Source of the DNA: a virus
DNA: 64,000 bases
Direction: 5' to 3' (one strand)
IMG/VR virus record: IMGVR_UViG_3300045988_112022
A program made the translations under genes and the position numbers. Below, piece after piece: positions 60,225-64,000 of this stretch (position 1 is its first letter; each line of letters begins with the position of its first letter). The notes under the pieces are model-generated. The model was given only the letters and a program-made list of their open reading frames with translations. It was not told the DNA's origin and did not search any database.

Positions 60225-63200
60225 ATGGCGTTATCGAAAAATCTTATTTCCGATTTTGTGAAAGCCACGACCGACGATAAGAAAACTGCCGAGGAGACAA
60301 CCCTCTACGGCACTATTGTCGAATATAATGGGAGTAAAAACGTTCGTCTTGACGGATCGGACATGCTTACTCCTTATACGGCTACGGTGGCTGCTAAAGC
60401 TGGCGAAAGGGTTAGGGTTTCGGTTGGTAAACACTCTGCAACTGTAACCGGAAACGTATCCAGTCCGGCGGCTCGAACTGGTGATGTAGAAGAGCTTGGG
60501 CAGAAAGTGGACACGTTTGATGCTGTGGTTGCTAATAAAGCGACTATTAAGGATCTGGAAGTTGAGCGTGCTCGAGTGGACGATCTTGTTGCCGATAATG
60601 TTGTTATTAAAAACCAGCTTACTGCAGATTCTGCAGAAATCAAAGATCTCAAAGCAGATAATGTCGATATTAAAGGAAAACTAACCGCCAGAGATGCGGA
60701 AATTGAAAATCTAAAAGCAAATAAGATTGACGCGGAAGTTGTGTCGGCGAATTATGCTACAATCAAAAATCTTGAGGCTACTCAGGCGAGTGTTAAAGAA
60801 CTCTCTGCCAACAAAGCGAATATCACAGATCTTACTGCAGCTACCGGTCGGATCGATAAGCTGGAATCAAAAGATATCGAAACCGATAAGCTCATTGCCG
60901 GTAAAGCAGATATCACAGATCTTACCGCAGCTACCGGTCGTATTGATAATCTGGAATCAAAGAATATTGAGACAGATAATCTCGTTGCCAAAAAAGCAGA
61001 TATTGATCTTGCGAATGTAAATAATGCATGGATCAATAAAGGTGTTCTCAAAGATGGCTCCATCGGTTCGGCAGCAATCCATGAAGGCGCTGTAACGAAC
61101 GCTAAGATTGCTGATGCGACGATTGAAGCAGCGAAAATCAAGTCTATCAATGCAGATTCTATTGTAGCCGGTACGATTAAGACAGAGCGCCTTATCATCG
61201 CCGGTCCGGATGGTCAGGACTCTATCGTCAAAGCAATTAACATCGCAAATGGCGTATCTGAAGCAGAAGTGAATGGTCGGAAGATCCAGGCCGCTTCTAT
61301 AGACGTCGTTGACCTGTCTGCATTCCAGGCTAAGATTGCCCAGTTTGATATGAGTCAAAATGCCATATATAGTGGCAAACTGGCTATTAATGATCCGACA
61401 AGCGGTGTGTATATTTCCACCACCGGTCTTGGGCTTGGTGACGGAGCTCTTACAAGTAAGAAAGAATCGCCAATTCAGATGTATGCTGATGGTGTATTTA
61501 AACTTAAAGGCAAAAATTCATCGTTGGAGTTTAATCCAGTGACGGATATGTTGGACATCAATGTCAGCAATTTCCGGATTGGTTCAAAAGAAGCAGCCAC
61601 AGTAGATAATACAGTCAAATCAACACTCGAACAGTTTTATTCATCCACATCCCCAACATCATTAGTTGGTGGTTCATGGAGTAATGATCAGCCCACATGG
61701 ACAGAGGGTAAGTATATTTGGAGACGAAATTTCGTAACCTATGGAGATGATCGTACTGAATTCACGCCTTCTGAAAACGGAGTATGTATAACCGGTAATA
61801 CCGGAGCCCAGGGCGCTCGTGGTCCACAAGGTGTCGCCGGACCCAAAGGCGAAACTGGCGCTCATGGACCGCAAGGTGAAACTGGACCTCAGGGACCGCA
61901 AGGTGACAAAGGAGCTACCGGACCACAGGGACCGACTGGACCTCAGGGACCGACTGGACCACAGGGGCCGACTGGGCCTAAAGGAGATAAAGGTGCAACT
62001 GGCGCTCAAGGTCCTACAGGAGCGTCTGGCAAAGGAATTAAATCCACAGCTATAGCATATCAATTATGTGCATCACAGACCACTGCACCGACGGGAACGT
62101 GGCTTGGATCACCGCCTGCTATAGATATTTTCAAACCATTTTTATGGACAAGAACTGTTACTACCTACACGGATAACACAACATCAACAGCATATAGCGT
62201 AAGTAATACGTCAAACAATGTAAGGATACATTCCGTGCCTGGCAACGGTAACACTAACATGTATGTTAAATTCGCCACGTTGACAATAGTATCAAACTAT
62301 ATCAACACTCCTATGACATTCAAACTTGTTAGTAGGGGATGGGAAACGTCAAACGTTCAGATAATGTTCAAATCAATCAACGACCACGACCCTGGATTGG
62401 ATTGGTTCAGAGCTGACGGTACAGTGCCATTATGGATAAAGAAATCGGGCACATCAAAATGGGATTTATACATGCAAAAAAGCGAACCGTGTGGCAGCTG
62501 TATTATTTATAATTTCGTTATGTCGGATAGACAAGCTGACGTCACGTGGACTACCGATCAAGTAGCGGCAATTCCGAATGGAGCTGTAAAAGTAGCTTTA
62601 TTATCGGCTGATGCAAACGCAATATCACGTATCTCCGCGGCCGAGACTGAAATCTCAAATAACAAAAAGCAGATTGCTCTTAAAGCATCTCAAACGGAAG
62701 TCACTAATCTCAAAGGTGCGCTTGGTGACTTGAGTGTGTATACCAATAAAAAGACTACGATGGTCCAAGATATTACAGGCTGGCAATATACCTGGGATAC
62801 CGTTATAAGCACTGATGCGGCTGAGATTGCTAGTCATAAAGACTATATTACTTTCGATAAAGGTAATATTATCCTTGGCGACTCCGCCAGTGCATCCAAA
62901 CTTAAACTTACAAAAGATTCCATCCAGTTCAAAGGCACCAGCGACACCGCCATAAAACCAGATTCCGACGCAACTGCCTGGATCACCGGAAAGGTATTCC
63001 ATATCAATTCCGGAGAGATTGAGAGCAGCTTGAAGTTTGGTAAGGTGCAGCTGAGACCATCCAGTAATAACACACTGATTATCAGAGACCCAGACGACAC
63101 TCAAGACATTGCGGAATTTGGTTCTGTTATAAAGATTGGCAAAACCAATGGCCAGAATGTGCAAATTGATAAGGATGGATTGAGAGTATTTAGCTGGAGC

Positions 63201-64000
63201 AATACTATCGCGCACATTGGATATGGACCAGCCAACGTCGGAAACAATAAATATGTCGATCAGTCTTTTTATACCTTTGGTGTTAGAAAAAAGGGATCGT
63301 TAATTGGTGGTTTTTCAGTAGCGGAGGGTGATAATTCGACGGCGAGCGGTTATTGTGCACACGCAGAAGGAGCGGGCTGTGTGGCTAGTGGTGATCAATC
63401 ACATGCGGAAGGATGTAACCCAATTGCGTCGGGACAGGCCTCACATGCACAGGGAGTAAACACAGTAGCATCAGGAGAGTGCTCTTGCGCTGGTGGAGAA
63501 GGTTCGAAAGCAACAGAGAGATTTTCGTGCGCGATTGGAAACCATGTTATTGCAGCTTCTGCGAGCCAAACTGTTATTGGAAAATATAATACTCAGGATG
63601 CTTCAAATGCATATTCGTTAATTATAGGTAATGGCGGGTCTGATACAACTCGTTCAAACGCACTCACTGTAGGATGGGGAGGAGACATCACTGCTCCTAG
63701 ACTCACATCTAAAGCTGATTTATATTTTGGATTTGCTGGAGGGAATTCATTCAGACCATACTACACAAAAGGTAATTCTGCATCGTTTAAAGTATGGCTA
63801 ATGGGATATACAACATCTGGTATGGCAGAAGTGCTATTTTTCATGCCATTCTCAAGACCAATTATTGGCGCAAGCGGCGTGAGTGTATCAAGTGTCAACG
63901 GTCTTATCATACGTCAGAACAATAAATATCTGTATGGCAGTACGGCGACAGTATATGTGAAACCATCATCATATACTTCAGAAATTGTGGATAGAGGCCA
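60225..64000 (+). CDS. Tail fibre / receptor-binding protein, partial (runs off the window): coiled-coil repeats, collagen-like tract, YadA-head-like repeats
   Basis: GGAGGTGA RBS before ATG 60225. I read this frame as open to 64000 (the ORF track lists only closed ORFs). 27 G-X-Y triplets. [31 protein letters not shown] near the end. Confidence 0.75.
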   Translation, partial: MALSKNLISDFVKATTDDKKTAEETTLYGTIVEYNGSKNVRLDGSDMLTPYTATVAAKAGERVRVSVGKHSATVTGNVSSPAARTGDVEELGQKVDTFDAVVANKATIKDLEVERARVDDLVADNVVIKNQLTADSAEIKDLKADNVDIKGKLTARDAEIENLKANKIDAEVVSANYATIKNLEATQASVKELSANKANITDLTAATGRIDKLESKDIETDKLIAGKADITDLTAATGRIDNLESKNIETDNLVAKKADIDLANVNNAWINKGVLKDGSIGSAAIHEGAVTNAKIADATIEAAKIKSINADSIVAGTIKTERLIIAGPDGQDSIVKAINIANGVSEAEVNGRKIQAASIDVVDLSAFQAKIAQFDMSQNAIYSGKLAINDPTSGVYISTTGLGLGDGALTSKKESPIQMYADGVFKLKGKNSSLEFNPVTDMLDINVSNFRIGSKEAATVDNTVKSTLEQFYSSTSPTSLVGGSWSNDQPTWTEGKYIWRRNFVTYGDDRTEFTPSENGVCITGNTGAQGARGPQGVAGPKGETGAHGPQGETGPQGPQGDKGATGPQGPTGPQGPTGPQGPTGPKGDKGATGAQGPTGASGKGIKSTAIAYQLCASQTTAPTGTWLGSPPAIDIFKPFLWTRTVTTYTDNTTSTAYSVSNTSNNVRIHSVPGNGNTNMYVKFATLTIVSNYINTPMTFKLVSRGWETSNVQIMFKSINDHDPGLDWFRADGTVPLWIKKSGTSKWDLYMQKSEPCGSCIIYNFVMSDRQADVTWTTDQVAAIPNGAVKVALLSADANAISRISAAETEISNNKKQIALKASQTEVTNLKGALGDLSVYTNKKTTMVQDITGWQYTWDTVISTDAAEIASHKDYITFDKGNIILGDSASASKLKLTKDSIQFKGTSDTAIKPDSDATAWITGKVFHINSGEIESSLKFGKVQLRPSSNNTLIIRDPDDTQDIAEFGSVIKIGKTNGQNVQIDKDGLRVFSWSNTIAHIGYGPANVGNNKYVDQSFYTFGVRKKGSLIGGFSVAEGDNSTASGYCAHAEGAGCVASGDQSHAEGCNPIASGQASHAQGVNTVASGECSCAGGEGSKATERFSCAIGNHVIAASASQTVIGKYNTQDASNAYSLIIGNGGSDTTRSNALTVGWGGDITAPRLTSKADLYFGFAGGNSFRPYYTKGNSASFKVWLMGYTTSGMAEVLFFMPFSRPIIGASGVSVSSVNGLIIRQNNKYLYGSTATVYVKPSSYTSEIVDRG
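60807..60986 (+). repeat. Tandem 90-nt (30-aa) duplication inside the fibre coiled-coil region
   Basis: [30 protein letters not shown] followed by [30 protein letters not shown], then a partial third unit. Confidence 0.85.
61794..62036 (+). repeat. Collagen-like G-X-Y repeat tract (27 triplets)
   Basis: [81 protein letters not shown]. Confidence 0.9.

Noticed and set aside
61794-62036. Short tandem DNA repeats (GGACCGACTGGACCWCAG) as a non-coding satellite or DGR target
   Set aside because: They are in frame and encode a collagen G-X-Y tract. There is no reverse transcriptase and no template repeat in the window.

Overview
The whole window reads as one temperate siphovirus-type phage or prophage of a low-GC Gram-positive host. 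It is AT-rich, has strong AAGGAGG ribosome-binding sites, and nearly every gene is on the + strand. Layout, left to right: (1) 1-2 kb: a minus-strand tyrosine integrase flanked by repeated ATTCCTACAT sites. (2) 2-14 kb: a plastic array of small ORFs, many encoding tiny membrane proteins. They are separated by repeated terminator-hairpin plus promoter-like cassettes, and the array includes three divergent paralogs of a two-TM protein. (3) 15-22 kb: a replication module with a 1407-aa SF3 helicase / AEP primase / family-B polymerase fusion, an SSB-like protein and an SF2 helicase. (4) 23-30 kb: RadC-like, NrdG, a divergent ThyX-like protein, LemA and small membrane proteins. (5) 31-35 kb: an RHH protein, a dense palindrome/iteron region, two XRE HTH proteins, VRR-NUC and PD-(D/E)XK nucleases, and homing-endonuclease-type genes. 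(6) 35.3-38.2 kb: a 970-aa protein carrying a DFDGD loop. I interpret it as a YonO/RdRP-like single-subunit RNA polymerase with HTH modules at both ends. (7) 38.5-64 kb: a late operon with a GC-rich cos/pac-candidate region, HNH endonuclease, a minus-strand EcsC-like moron, large terminase, portal, a protease-capsid fusion, major tail protein, chaperones, a GH25-CHAP-PGB lysin inside the tail module, a 2003-aa tape measure, an FN3-rich distal tail protein, and a partial fibre of at least 1258 aa with coiled-coil, collagen and YadA-like repeats. The strongest non-coding signal is a conserved element, TTCGCG-N15-tTAATGA, usually running into AAGGAG. It has invariant spacing, occurs 19 times, only on the + strand and only between 2.7 and 30.4 kb. 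Together with the RNA-polymerase candidate it suggests a phage-specific transcription programme. No rRNA, tRNA or CRISPR array could be supported. All functional calls rest on motifs read by eye and need HMM or structure confirmation.
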